DNA of 64,000 nt from Phoronis australis (GCA_002633005.1 NMRA01000290.1:329943-393942); one strand, 5' to 3'. Positions 24,901-39,900 are shown, counted from the first letter of the stretch. The notes: generated from the letters alone by a model not told the origin. A program made the numbers and translations.

Positions 24901-27900
24901 CAGTAGAGCAAACCATAATCTCATAACTCTGAAAAAAGAAAGACATTCAAATTTCAATATTACACACACAATGGATTTTTTTATATAAGCAAAGATTGAT
25001 TTCAACACGATGACCAAAAACTTTTAATTATATTTTCAATTTCAAGAATACGGTAGGTCTTTTATGCATGACCTGTTTTTGGTAACTTGTTAGTTTTACG
25101 TTGACATTCAAGGACGAACTGATACAGAGTTCTCTACTTTTTATGGACGCAACAAGTTTCACAATAAACAGCTTATTATTTAAAATGACTTATTCTTATT
25201 AAAATGACATAGGCAAAAAATTGAATTTCGGACCTCAAAAGCGAGGCCCCCTATATTAATATAGGAAGCCTCGCCGAAAGGAGGCCGGAGAGCGGGGCTG
25301 CCTATATTAATATAGGTGGCCCCGCCGAAAGGAGGCCGGAGAGCGGGGCCCCCTATATTAATATAGGGGGCCTCGCTTTTGAGGTCCGAAATTCAATTTT
25401 TTGCCTATGTCATTTTAATAAGAATAACTCATTTTAAATAATAAGCTGTTAATACAATTTTAACCAAGACGGATCAAAATATCAATCAAATAAAGTAATA
25501 GCTTCCATTTGACTACGACAAAATAAATGTATTGTAAGCACCACAAGGATATGATACCTTTGTCCATTGATGTAATGGGCTGTACCCCACTGTCTGTGAC
25601 CTAGCTGAATGAGTGTCGCAACTACGACTGAGGAAAGAATGTGCCTAGGTGAGGACAGAGAACAGTGCATGTGTAACGAGACGACAATTTTAACATCTCA
25701 TCAACTGCATCAGAAGATCTCACTCAAGTTTTAGACAATTACCATAACGATATGAATGACAGAGCTCAAATTGCAAGAAAGACAATTCGTTTAAAAATCT
25801 AACACTGTATACTTAAGTAAAGTCATCTTACTGTAATCAGACTTCAATTATTCGTTCCTTATTCAATTTTAACATGACGCCAAAAAGTACACAATGTTAC
25901 AAAAGCAGCCACTCCCATGATTTGCATTTTCTATTTTTTATAATCTATAAAATTGTTTCATTGATATTCAGATAATAACTCTCTTCAGATTATTAGTATG
26001 TTATAAGGAAGCCAAACATCTGCATAACTAGTAGAATTCAACTCAGTCACTAAAAGTATACTACATTTTCCATGAAGAGAGTACAATTTAATTTTAAACT
26101 GTTTATCAACCTGTCATTGAAGTGGTCCTGTAACCATGTCTTTACCAAAAATTAGCAAAAAGATATGAGGCACATCATGACGAAACAAAGGCAACACTGA
26201 GCTTATTATTTTCATAGTTTAGTGATAATAACAGCCAGCTTACAAAAAAATCTCACACCAAGCACACAAATTAATATACAAAATATGCAATGAAACATTT
26301 AGAAAATGTTGAAAAGCCTGTCATTCTTACAATATCTTGAAAGAAGGACTTCATTCGAAGGATAAAACTTATTTCAAAGAGGATAACGGATTATACGAAA
26401 AAAATCACAACTTTTTAAAGAAATCAGCAAATATTTCCTCAAAACATTTCAGGTGGCATGTTTCAGTGTCAATTATAAATTATGAGCTGATAAGTGATAT
26501 TTTGCATGTGATGTTTTCCACTCTCTTTAATACTTTTGAAGCATTGAAAATAGTCGAGAGTTTCCAATGTTGCTATGAAAAAACAACTAAGAAGCCATCT
26601 CTTGTTTAACTCAAATAATGATAACCTCGGCAAGATAGGAGTGTTTTATCAATATTTTTGCAAAAACAAATCGTGTGAAAATAGAACAAATTACCAATTT
26701 TGAATATTTAAATACCACATCTAGCCCTGTTACTTGGCACAGACGATTTTTTATAGCTCCTTCCTTGAATGCTACAGCACCCTCTCTAATTCTGTGTCAC
26801 TTAATATCCAAAATGCTACCCATCTGTAGGGCAATAAACCCGCTGTTGAACGCTGTTTCCACTTTAATCACAACTTTACTTTAAAATTAGTCTGCCATTT
26901 GTCATTCTAATGACATTGAATTTTTTAATCGCAATCTATTTTGGCTGGGTTATGCTACCAGCTATGTTTCAGTGTAAACCAACAGGTAAGTGGTCGAAAT
27001 GAGTACGCTTGGTGTATTGAGAGGAAAGTAGTACAGGGATATAAATAGAAAATTGTGTAACAGAAAAATTATTCCTACAACTTCATTTAAGTAAAATTTT
27101 ACACTGTGACACAGATGGTTACAATGCAGGTATAAACAAACTTGAAAAGATGAGGGAGACAGTGATAAGTTGTTCTTTTGTTCAAGTCGGCACAGAAGTG
27201 TGTTAGAGGCCCTCGATTTCGAAACCTAGGTCAACCCTTCAATGCATTTTCTACCTCCACAATGAGGATGCATAAATTGAATGTAATTGACCAAGTACCC
27301 GTCAATCCAAGGCAGGGTCCATTGTCATACAAGTGAACTATTTTATAATATTCACAAGTCCACAACAATTCATGACAAACTAATTACAACTAATAAAACC
27401 AAAGTCATCTGAACAGAAGAACCAACACGAATACCTTCTCGACAGCGTCCTTTGCTGACTTCCAACCCTGAGTCAGACTTTGACGAAAACTCTCTAAATC
27501 TATATGCTACGAAGAAACAACAAAATAAAGATGTTTTACATCATCCTTTAAGAATTGGCTGGAACATAACGGTTGAGTACCCAGGCCTCCTAAGTTACAC
27601 AAAAACTCATTTTGGTCTGCGTGCCTTGAGACAAGGAGCCCATTAGTAAAGGATAGTTAGCTCCTCCTATTAGTCACTGCAGGAACTAAATATATCAGTG
27701 AAGAAGAAACACATCATCTTGTCTGTATGTATAAACTTTCAGCAAAATTCCAACAATGATATTCTCCATCATACAAAGTACTGCAAGACTCAATAAGTGT
27801 GAATGTAATTCATTAACTGTTAACTGGAAGATCTGCATCCATGTTCTTGTATTGTAACTGTTAAATGCACTTTGCTAAAACTGGAGTACATGGAAAAACA

Positions 27901-30900
27901 AAATAGCAGACTTTCAGAAGGCGATCACGTGAAAAGTGACTCTAATTGTCACCTGTACCAAGACGTACTTATTCTTCACAGCAGGGAACACAGGGAAACA
28001 TTTTGACTTCATGAACAGACAAGTCTGTAGTGTATGTGTTTAAATGTGATACGTTTCAAACAAAAATTAAAATTTCTTCTTCGTCCTCTAAAGGTCACTA
28101 GTATCCAGCACCACATAATCAGTCCCAATGTAACTACTTGAAAGTCTCCCATTCAACCAATAGAACCAGTGTCTACAAGATTGTGCGTTTCGTAGTGATT
28201 TGCCATACACTGATGATATTGTTAAAATTGTCACTAATCTGTTGTTTAACATCTGCCTACCTTGGAACAAGTAAAACTCAACAAGACATAGAGTTGCTCT
28301 ATCAAAGCTATTTTAGACTGAAACTGAACTAATTCTAAAGAATTTTCTCACATGAATGTTCTTGTTGAGAATTTTGACAACAAAATTCCACTTATCCCAG
28401 CCACTACATTCTGAGGATGGGTGAAGAATTACCATGACGACAGAGCAAAAAGCTGAATAACTTAATGTTATGTGGATTGCAAACCTGCAAATATAGCCTT
28501 GGGATGAAAGCTGTGCTGAAAGAGAAAGATTCATGTCATCTCGGATGTAAAGGGTTACGACCCCAAGACTATACAGTCTTTTGAGTTACTCAGAACTCAA
28601 GGGGACTAAAGCTAGGCTAATGCATGCTTCCTCTGAAAATAAAATCTAATAAATAGTGATTAAATCGGGGATCATTTCAGCGCCACGGGAAAGCAACCCG
28701 CATCCCAGCAAGCAACACCTGTCTATAGTGACTAGCTCGACTAGATGCAAAACCAACTTGGCAGCAACGCGCACATGACAATCTCAGGGTATAGGATAGA
28801 CAACATAACAATGACATTCAAACTAATCACTCATGGTCTGGCATATTGGGAGCACTACCACTAGATAGCGTGGAACGAGACAAGATGCATGTGAGTGACA
28901 TAATGCATGTGATCGGCGGGGGGTGCACGCTTACTCACGTCTGACGGTGTACCCCTTAACTCATCTGAGTTTGGTACAGGGGTGTCACTTTGAATAACAA
29001 TCTACAAGAGAACGTCAAGGTAGAAATCAGTACGTACTTGAAGTCCATCTAAATCAACAGATCATCGTGAAATTTTAACTTTCTTGGATCATATAGCACC
29101 ATATTCATCATGGCCAATGCCCGGGTACTTATAATTTCACAAACCATCAGGGCCCAGTTGCATAAAAGTTATACACCGTAATAGCAACAATGACATTGCA
29201 TTATCACGAGGCACGTTGTCATTGTTGAACAATGCACCTGACATCATCCAACAACCAAACTAATACCCAGCGGATAACTTTTGAAGCTTTATGCAACTCA
29301 GCCCAGGTCTGGACTGTAAGCATTAAGCTAAGCATTTATATACCGGTAATACAAGCCAAAAGTATTCAGACAAAATGTCCCAAAATTCCTTGCCATGACT
29401 ACTAGGCAGAAGCTGCATTTATCATCACCAACTCTTCCCTCATGTCTGAGAATGAAGAGGAATGTGCAGACAAGTTAGCAAGGTGTAAGTCATTCTGTGA
29501 TTAGAATACCGTTGCCCTGACAGTTATTACCAGTAAGTTTTGCTTATGACAAAATTAGCCATCATGACTAGAAAATGGTATATTGTCTGATTGTTAATTT
29601 GTCTTGTACTATATTTAAAAACAAAAAAAAGTCTTCAACGCTGGGTTGTGCGTCTTCTTGAAGGAACTAGATGTCCCCATCTTAAAAATTTGGGACAGGT
29701 GTATCACCCAGCATGGGTGTTTGAAAGTGAAAGTTCGGAAATCGAGGAGGGCATTTAGTGCACCATGGACATTAACCAGGACAAATACGGCACTATCAAA
29801 AACCCAGTGATACGGTCAAGCCTTAGTTGGCTGTAAAACAAATGTAAATTAAGTATTAAGAATATTAGTAAAAATGTACAATCACAGTTAGTCAGTTGAT
29901 CTGTATATTTGCTCACCAGCTCAGACTGGTGGGAACTAGGAGCAATGATTATGTTTGGATTGGCCTGAGTATTCAGTATCACTGATATTTGAGCATCACA
30001 ACACACTATGTTTGGATTGGACTGAGTATTCAGTATCACTGATATTTGGGCATCACAACACACTATGTTTGGATTGGCCTGAGTATTCAGTATCACTGAT
30101 ATTTGGGCATCACAACACACTATTCAGATCATAAAGTTTTCTAGCAAAAAAAGCAAATTCACCAAGTTGGGTAAATACAGAATTTAAAACTTTGGAAATG
30201 TTATTCAATAGTCAGTAGAGGAAATAAATACAAAGCAAAAGTAATATAAAACACAATTTTTTGGTATCACGACAGATACCATGCAGTGTTAAAATAATAA
30301 CGGAAGTTCATGAAAATAACATACAGTGCATGCCGAGTGAATATTAACACCTACCACCAACAGAGATGTCAGTGGCAGAGTCAGTGAGGACAGGAGATGC
30401 AAACAGACAGTGGTCATGTTTCGATAAGAAAATAGAATGATACCGTTCAGGAGAAGAGCAAATTTATAGCATGCGTTATTAATATCCAGCAAACCCAGAA
30501 ACGGTTTAGCTGATTTAGTATGCTTATCAAGCACTTCTGACCCCTAATGCATGCAGTAAGGATACTTACAATGGAGTCTGGTCTCGCGGGAGGCATCTAA
30601 AATCGGTTAGCACATGGTCACATGAATCGTGGAAAACAACCACTTAATACAATGAAGAAAAAAATAAATGTCTGTCGCGTTAGCAGTTGAGATTATTGGA
30701 CTCCAATGCTCAACATTTTTAGGAAACGTGATTGTTAAAAAATCACTACTAGTAACGCGCTCGCATGGTCTAGTCATCCACAAGCATGCGAGGACTTCAA
30801 AGACTTGCATGATCCTCTACCATTGTTTGATTGATTCATGAATACATCACAATGGCAGATCCAGGATGCTGCAAGAGGGGCAACCATAGCGTTTGAATGA

Positions 30901-33900
30901 AAGCGGTGTCCTCTTAAGCGCCCCCAAAAAAATGCCAGTGACATTTTTTTGGTTGATCCTGTTGAGGTCACGGGTTAACCCCTCACCTTCCTTAAATTCG
31001 CCTTCGTATCAATGGACAGGTACAAACAGTGACCCTAACTCAAATTAAGTCCGCCATCATAAACCTCAATGACTTGAGGTTGAAGCATAAACTACATTCC
31101 TAAACCAAACCAATCACACTTCTTCTTGGCCAACATTTTGGTGTTGTCCCGAACATTTTCCAGGAAAAGTGTCTAAAGAAAACTGCACCAGAGCAGTAGT
31201 GAAAAAATGACCTAACGAAAATGTCAAACAAAGTAGTCAATGGATAATTATCATTCGATAATTATAGGACAAACTGTAAGCAACAAGTTGGGCAGACTTG
31301 ATATGCACTCACCTCAATTGGTGTCAGGGGGCGCTGCATGGCTTCTTCCATCTTTGACATGAACTTAGACTCCTTGGGTGCCATTGGTTTGTCAGGCTCC
31401 TCATCATCACTGAGAACCAAAGTCCTGTCTTCAAAGTCAATTTCGCTTGACTCACGGATTGACAAGGTTTTCTATAAAATGGCAAATGATGTGTAATATT
31501 TTTCAACAATTTATTTTTTTACGCAATAGTGCATTGCTCAACTAGTATACCTATAAAAATACAACAAAAATAACTGCAAAAATTTTCCCATAAACAAGAA
31601 AACTTAAAATAAACACATCTGGTATTCATTAGCGATCAAACAGTATGTTTTTTTCAATCTTTAAAATAACAAATAGGCAAAAAAAACACTGGAAACTTGT
31701 GAGATGTTAAATGCAAAATGAATTTTTTGATGATTTTTTCTATTTTCACAGGCCTTCATAATATCCAGTTTTGTTACATAGTTAAGTAACAAGTAATGTG
31801 AATACGACACATCCAAATGTTTATAAGGCATCTGTTCTAACTTCTTGGGTACTTACAATTGAAAAATATGCCGAGAGTTGGTAAGATGACTTCCAATTTG
31901 TGACTTGAATTTTGAAACAGCAAGTTTCAAATTTTGAATCACAAATACAAAGTTCAAATGATTTCTATAGCCCAATACAGGAGAGCAAGGAAAATAAACA
32001 GATAGAAATGCCATTTCCCACCACATAAAGAATGTAAATGAAGTAACCATAGGCTGATCCAGGACTTAAAGAGACGTGGTCAAAATACATCATTTTGCAG
32101 AAGGTGACAGCTGAACACATCACTGAGAATTCTTCAACTGTATTATAAGAGTGAATAATAAACAGAATGCAGAAATTATTATTTTTCACGTTTCAACTGA
32201 ATCACAAATTAAAACATTATCATGAACACTGTCCAATTAAAACAGAAAAACAACAGACAAATTCACAATCATTTTAATGTTAAAACGCAACTTGGACAAA
32301 AAATCCATGCATTTTGACATGTGTCTTGTTCTTCCATTTTTGATGCAGTTTTTGACTAAAATTATGCGATTCAATTGAAACATCGACTATGTTTTATCAT
32401 CCATCCATGTAACATTTTTTACAAGTCCAGTTGGTACGTAACTACTGCTGCTAAATGGAGGGTGGAATTTTCAAACGCCCAAACAACCCCTGGAGCCACC
32501 TATGGGGACAAAGGACAGACACAGTTGAGAATAATACACAACCATATACCAATTATAGATAAAACGTAAATTTCCACAAGAACCCAACAGTTACAGAGAT
32601 GCAACCAGTGCCTGGAGTCTAATCTCTGAACTCGAAGTCGAACTTAAAATTAGTTTGACATTTCCTCTGCATAAGTGCAAAGTCAAGATAACTGTCTACT
32701 ATCATATGATTGAGTGCGCAAGTGAATTGTGGTTTACTCGGACCTGGCATTCTTGGTGAATTTGAACCCAACGAGATAGAAATCACGGTGCCAGTTACTT
32801 TGATCTCACGCATGCCTCAACCTCTCTCAGTTTTCTACAGTGAAAGTGGAGACAGCATCACACTGAGCATGGAATTCCTCGAGATTTCGACTTGAGTCTC
32901 AAACTTATGGATTTAATGGGGAGTCAATTGACAAGTAAAATTCGACATTTATCCAGGTAAACCAAAATGTACCAAAACACACTTATCATGAGTTCATAAT
33001 GATAACTACAACAGAAAATATAAAAAGTAATGTGGAGATTGAGTTATGAGACCAGATTGTGGACACAGGTCACAAGTTTCTGAACTGTTCTCATCAAGAA
33101 AAGTAAACAGATATATGGCAGACAGGCATGGTGCTCCAAGTAATATACAAACCATGATGAAGTACAAGAAAAAGAAAATTTCACGAGTGCGAATACTCAC
33201 ACCCATGGTACAAAGCGATGCACCAGAGGTTCCCTATGGTACACTGGGATCATTTTAGAAAAACATGGGAATGGGTGAATTGACCCACAAGGCGTCAAGT
33301 CTGTGGGCGAATTTGAGTGACCTGTATGCAATGTTTGTTTTTTGTCCTTTGCTTCCAATTCTAACAGGCCAGTTGGTCTGAGTTGAACAATAACTGTGTA
33401 ACAATGAAATTACTTTTGCATCAACAATGCTAGAAGAACTCCTAAAATTATCCTTGGGTAACCATGAGTGCACATGAGAAATGAGTTTTTTTCGCAGATT
33501 TTGGTATGGAAATGGGTCATTTTTTGGGTCAGGATTTGAAATGGGTGTATATTTCAAGGGTTTTGGTTTGGATATGGAAGCTTTTTTCACAATTTGTAGG
33601 TATTGAAATGGGTTGACTTTTTGCACATTTGAAGCAACTTTTTTGCTCTACACAAGAAAATGTGGTGTGGTGGCCTTTTCAAATTACAAAAACCCTGAGA
33701 TTCTGTTTATGGGCATTTCAAATGTTCAGGCCTGCACCCCTTTACAAGCTTAGGTGAGATATTCCAGAGGACGAAATGTTGGAAATGAAAATGTGCAAAA
33801 CATTAATATGGTGGCATTAAAGAGAATAAAGCTGTACAAATTTAACTAAGTGTAAATAATAGAATGGTATTCTCTGACTCTCCAAACCAAAAAGATTAGC

Positions 33901-36900
33901 AAATAATTACATCTTTCATCAATGAGCTCATTAAATGCACGACAGTGTTCTGGATTGATGACTTTCATACATACTTACTCACTCACTCAAACTCATTGCA
34001 TACTTGTTGATCCCCCCAGGGCAACAATAAACAAGATTGCCAGCAAAGTTTGAGCGAGAATGTATGAAAATCATCAACCAACAGAACAGCCGTGTGTTTA
34101 TTAAATTCTGTCTCCAACAGGGGCAGCTGCCAAATTATTTGCATCTTTCATCACTGTGAAGACAGAATAATATGGATGTGAAACTAAAGATTAAGGTGGC
34201 ATGTAAGGATTGAAGTGAATGGCTATGGAAAACGTAAAAGCGCTTCATCTTCTGCAGAAGCATTGGTAACAATTTCACCACACACCACAGAGCAAGTGAC
34301 TGCTTAATCAAGGCATTCACTTGTGGAAGAAGACTGGACAGCATTCTGCATGTGACAGTTATAGTATTGCAGACAGGAAACTGGCCAAGATCAACTCTTA
34401 CATAACAACTGGGGAATCTGAACATGACAGTCGGAGACTATAATTCCATTGGGTATTGTTACAAAAACAAGCTAATTAGGTGATTGGGTGATGAAAGTGT
34501 TGATCATTTCACTGAAACGACAAGAGAAGCTACAATAACACCTAACAAAGTAATTTTTGAGTGTTAACATTTTCATTCAAGCTTTGCATCTAAAAACTGA
34601 AATAACCATGAAGGCAAGGTGCTAATGAAGACCAAGCGCTGGCAACAGCATCGCTCATTTTATAAGGTTCCAGTAGAAAAGTATGGCATGCAGTTACTAC
34701 AGAGGGGGTGGATGCAGGGTCAGGGTTTGTGCAGACATTGGCTACCAACAGGAAATACCTACCTCGGCAAAGGTCATTGGTGTTCCCTGGGAAATATTCA
34801 CAATTTTATTAATCGGCACTGTTTACGGAAGTGCAGAGGAAAATTCCTCTTAATTTGTAGTTGAAATGCTGCACAGCTTCACATCAGAGGAAGAAGTGCA
34901 TACAGCATGTGAGTATAAGATACAGCCAACCTTTATTCATGAAAGAAAGTGTTCCCAGCTTTGAGTGAGTTTAGTGACCTCTAAAAGGAGTTTGACAACA
35001 TGGAGATCAGAATAAAATTAAACAAAACAAACTGAACACTTAAATCTTGACAATACCTTCTTACAATTTAAATGTTGTTGTTTGTACAATAAGCAGATGG
35101 CCTTTATTACAGAAATAAAATAGATTTGATAAATACTTACCTTTTGGTGAAACCATATGACTTTTAAGCTGACACGACAGACACAACACACAGTGATATC
35201 AGAGAAGCAAGTGAAATTACTGATGGCTAACAGGTACTGGCTTCAAGCCAGACATCTCCTCAACAATTCATTCAAATTAGAGCTTGCAATTTTGCGCACG
35301 TTAAGAAATTTGCACGACTTGCAATTCACAGTATGTCATAAGTCAAAATGCTGATCTCCAAGGTTTCTAAGATGACTAACAAACTTAAAACAGTCAAGTT
35401 TTGTTATTCAAGCAAAGTAAGCATATCTGATAGTTGTACACAGCCATGCAGTAATCCCACTTGTCTCTCAATATAATATCACAATAGAGTATGAAACATT
35501 AAAAACAAAGCATACCGACAGTGATACTTGCTCTTGCTGTATTGGCGGCAGGACACAGTACAAGCGACTGGTGGAACCTGACGGAGCATTCGCAGCGAAG
35601 GTCTGCGGATTCACCACGTAATTTTGTAATACGCATACTAACAAAGTCACAGACATATTGAAAACTATATTCAAATAGCACCTCATTCAGCTTTGTGTTG
35701 TCACCCATCAGAAGGTGCATAAATATAGTAAACTGTTTTCAAGACATCAGTCTGTAATTCCTCTAGTCATCAAATGAATACAAGCATAATGTACGATACC
35801 CAAAAAGTCTTGCTTATATTGGCCCACAGTAAAACACTATAGTATCTAAATTAAATAATGATTAATCCTCATTATATGACTCAATTCATCAGTTGTCCTG
35901 CTGCTGTTTTTCAAATACATTGTGTAGTGCTTGTTGGCTTGAAAACATTCCATGACAGCACAAATAATGTTTGGATGGGTAAGCTTATTTCATAATTTGC
36001 GTTTAAGGTGGTGAGATTTGACTTCAGTCTGATCAGATGCTTAAAGAATCTTTTGCGTAGAAGACTTAAAGATCTACCACGGTGTGTACAATTTATGCAA
36101 TGCATTTTGAGGCTCATTTTCAATTTCAAACTTTGTTATGGTGGTTACAGTGGATCCATGCTTTCACAACTGGTGCCCTCTAGTGACAAGTGTTGTATTC
36201 CATCATATTGTTTACACGTTATCTGTGATGTCCCCGATGTTCCCAAGGCGACAACCATCCCACAATGCAATTGAAAAATGTCAACAGAGCCACAAATGAA
36301 ATCATCAAAATTGATCTTCCAGACTACACTAACTGTAAGTAATTTTGGTAACTGACATATTATAATAATAATTACTAGAAATCCTCATAAATAGTAAAGT
36401 GCACTAACTATGGCATTGCTAGACATCAGAGTACTAGACATCTACAAGAACATACTAGTACCAATTAGTTGATTATCCAATGACATTATGCAACAAATTT
36501 ACTGTCGGTCTGAAAACACTATACAAGTCTACCCGACCAAGCCATAACAAAACAGACTAAAGTTCATGAATGCTTTAACTGAACAAAGGCAACTGCTCTA
36601 AAGGAATGCACTCTCCATCATAATGACCTATACCGGTAAATTATATTTTAGATAACCCAGCCCTAATCTCAAATGCTAAAGCCTTGGAAATAGTCAATCT
36701 ACATTTCTGAACTAGTCTAACACTTACTTAAACAACAATGATAAACTGCGACAGAAAAGCCAAAAAATAAACTGAACTACATATTACTGTCATTGACATG
36801 ACTTATCTTTGTGGTAACTAATTGGTATTGCATTAAATAAAAACAGTAAAAACCAAATTAAGCTACATACTACTGGCAAAGATCTGACTCGTCTCTGTGG

Positions 36901-39900
36901 CAACTGCAATTAATAATGCATTAACTACAAATAGTAAAAGCTAAACTAAGTTACATACTACAGGCTCTGATATGACCTGTCTTTGTAGCAACTGTAATTA
37001 GTATTGCATAAACTATAAATAGTAAATAAAACTTTCCTTACTACTGCATATTAACGTGACACTATCGGCGAGAAAAATCTAAATGTTTTTCTGATATCAG
37101 CCCAAGCGTGGAATTTATTTTATTATAAAAGTGTGGGATTGAACCAGGAACCTTTGTGGTCGCAGTGTGCTGGCAGAGCTAAATCTCACTCAATAAATTG
37201 CTGAGTATTTTAAGCATATTTGACCAAGTCATCAACCTTAATAAGTCTGGCAGACAACAGTGAGAATACAAGATTTGTAATACCGGTAACAGCCCAAAAA
37301 CACAACAGATGTTACTGTTTTATAGCTCTGGCAACTTTAGAAGTCAATTCAACAATCCCATGAGTGAGTTATTTGCTGTAAAATAATAATGTCCCTCCTA
37401 ACTTCCCATATTTGACAATACTCTTGAAATGAAGCACAATTATTTCAACTCAGCACAGAGTAAAACGGAAAGAACGTGACAAACTGCAAATAACAACACT
37501 TAACGACGAGAATTCTACTGTTTCCTGTTCAAAGTGAAGTCGTAATTAAACACATGCAGATTATTTTGTGAGCTTAAACACGGTTTCGGAAATACATACT
37601 GAATGGTTCTGTGAAGGTTTAGTAAATTCCGACTGAGCAATTGAGGGAAGTCGCAACTTTGGTCCGTAGCACTCAGACTTCTCCAACTATGAGTAAAAGG
37701 TCACCATGTATATTGTTCATATCATTATCATAACTTTTAAATTATTACAAACCACAAGGACAAGTAAGCATCCATATTTCTACAGCATCTTTACATAACG
37801 GCATAAACATTTCAAACCATAAAACTGACACAACTATCTGTAATGTTAATAACATGTATGTCAGACAGAATATCCCCAAACACAATAGATGTCACACTAG
37901 ATTCAAACCAACAATTTCAGACAAAAATAACTGCCAGAATATTTCACTTTCTTCACTTTTCAGGGCTTCCAACATGCCTACAATTTTTCGGAATATAGTC
38001 CCATGGATATCACAGTATAGATCTTAAAAACTTGCAAAAAAGTTAGAAACTAAGCTTTCATCCGTACTCTATACTATGCCTTAAACTAATGACTTCTTAT
38101 TTGAAACCACGTGTACCACAAAACTACGATGTAGTCAGACTATACCACAGGTAAATGGCATAACTTACTATGTTATACTTCAGCAGTAGTGACATGGTGC
38201 GAGATTTTTCACGGCGTCTCTCGGTGTGACGCTGAAGACTAGGCGGAAGGTCGTCGCCGCTGTCAGACCAAGATGAGAATACTAGCGAGGTATAGTCTGG
38301 TAACTGAGAGGTGGTTAATGGAGAAATGAGTAATCAGACAAAGTGCAAAGAGAAGGCATTTGAGTTACAGCGCAGCAGAACAGTTCCAAGAAGCCATCGG
38401 AGCATGTACTTAAATTCCTCACTTATTTCATACAAAATAATAGCCAAAATTGTCATTTTCTAGTTTTCAAGGAATGACTATTTCACCACAAATACGGAAT
38501 CACAAAACTTGCACAAAAGATTTTTTTGTTGCGAGGCAACTCAACACAAGTCTCGCTTAGAATGAAGAAAAAAGAATTCTTCATGCTTTGTTTCACTTTC
38601 CCCATGTTGCCAGAGATGGTTTCTTGCTGAATGCATGTGAAAAACATTGAACAGGTAAGAGGACAGCACAACTCATGGACATGAAAGAATAGCACAACAC
38701 ACAATCACGAACAGTCAGACTACATGGCAGAACACAGGACACCTCAAAATACCAAATCTGTTAGTCACACCACAAAATAGTAAATCTTCAGGTAGTTGCC
38801 TCCAAATTCAAACTATGGGCAGCTCATATACACTGTAGACCCGATTATTCTAAGACCCAAGTAGGTTATGGAAAGGTCCAACAACTTATTTGGCATTGTA
38901 CATCCAATAATGTTACACTTTTCAACACAAATAGGGAACACTTGGCCAAAAATGTTTCGAATTAGACAAATCTTTGGATTAACACCAGACAACTTGTGAG
39001 AAAATTCTGGAGAGGCCTTTCTATGTGACTTGCCTTGGCCTTGAGCCTTCCACACACTCAGGTAGTGGACTAGAAAAGGCAGCAGAACACACACTTCAAT
39101 GTTTTAGAAATTGTTCCAAACAACAGTGTATGAGAACCACTTGAGTAAGCTTATCAAACTGATGAAATATTATACAAAACCAAAAAACTACACTTTATTA
39201 GGAAGTCGGTAAAATATTTTTCTCTGGCCTTACTCTCCAAGATTGGGAGCTACGTCGATAAAACATTTCATTATTTCCACCTTCTAGCAGTTGGACAGCA
39301 TAAATTTGCATGGCAAACAAATTTGATTTTACCATGATTGAAAAACTAATTCTTTAGTCAAATTGCAAATATTTTATTAAGAGTCATTGCTTATTTGTGA
39401 CTGTTGGTCGCGTGACCTTTATCTCTTATTTTATGGTGACAAAAATGTTCTGCCATGAGAAACTCACCTCAATACTAATTCCGATTTTTATCCTCAGTTT
39501 CCTTTTCCTGTTAAAAACTGAAATCTACTTGATGCTAAATCCATACCTTTGAGTTGCGTTTGGCTAACTCTGCCAACTGTTCATCAGTCAGCCCGGGGGG
39601 TTTGTACTCTTCCTCTCTTCGCAGCTCGGGGGGTTTCTCATAGTACTCCGGCCACAGAAGGCGGATGAGCACTGAGTTGGGTATGAAACCGTGAGTGTTC
39701 ACCCGAGGAAACGCCGGCTCCAGAGGTGAGTCTGTCCCCGGGGACCAGGTCTCATGACGTCTCCGTCTAGCCTGAGCGGGGCCAGGGAAGAAGCCCGTTG
39801 GTTCTCGCTCAGGTACATAGGGTTCAACCACTAAAATACCAGGAATCCAGTAAAAGTTATGTAGGACCAGCGAAAAATGTGCAAATTTGGCCAACATCGG

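Noticed and set aside
29755-30120. 121-aa ORF with a repeated CCDAQISVILNTQANPNIV peptide
   Set aside because: It results from a 57-bp (3n) minisatellite; no convincing splice or start context
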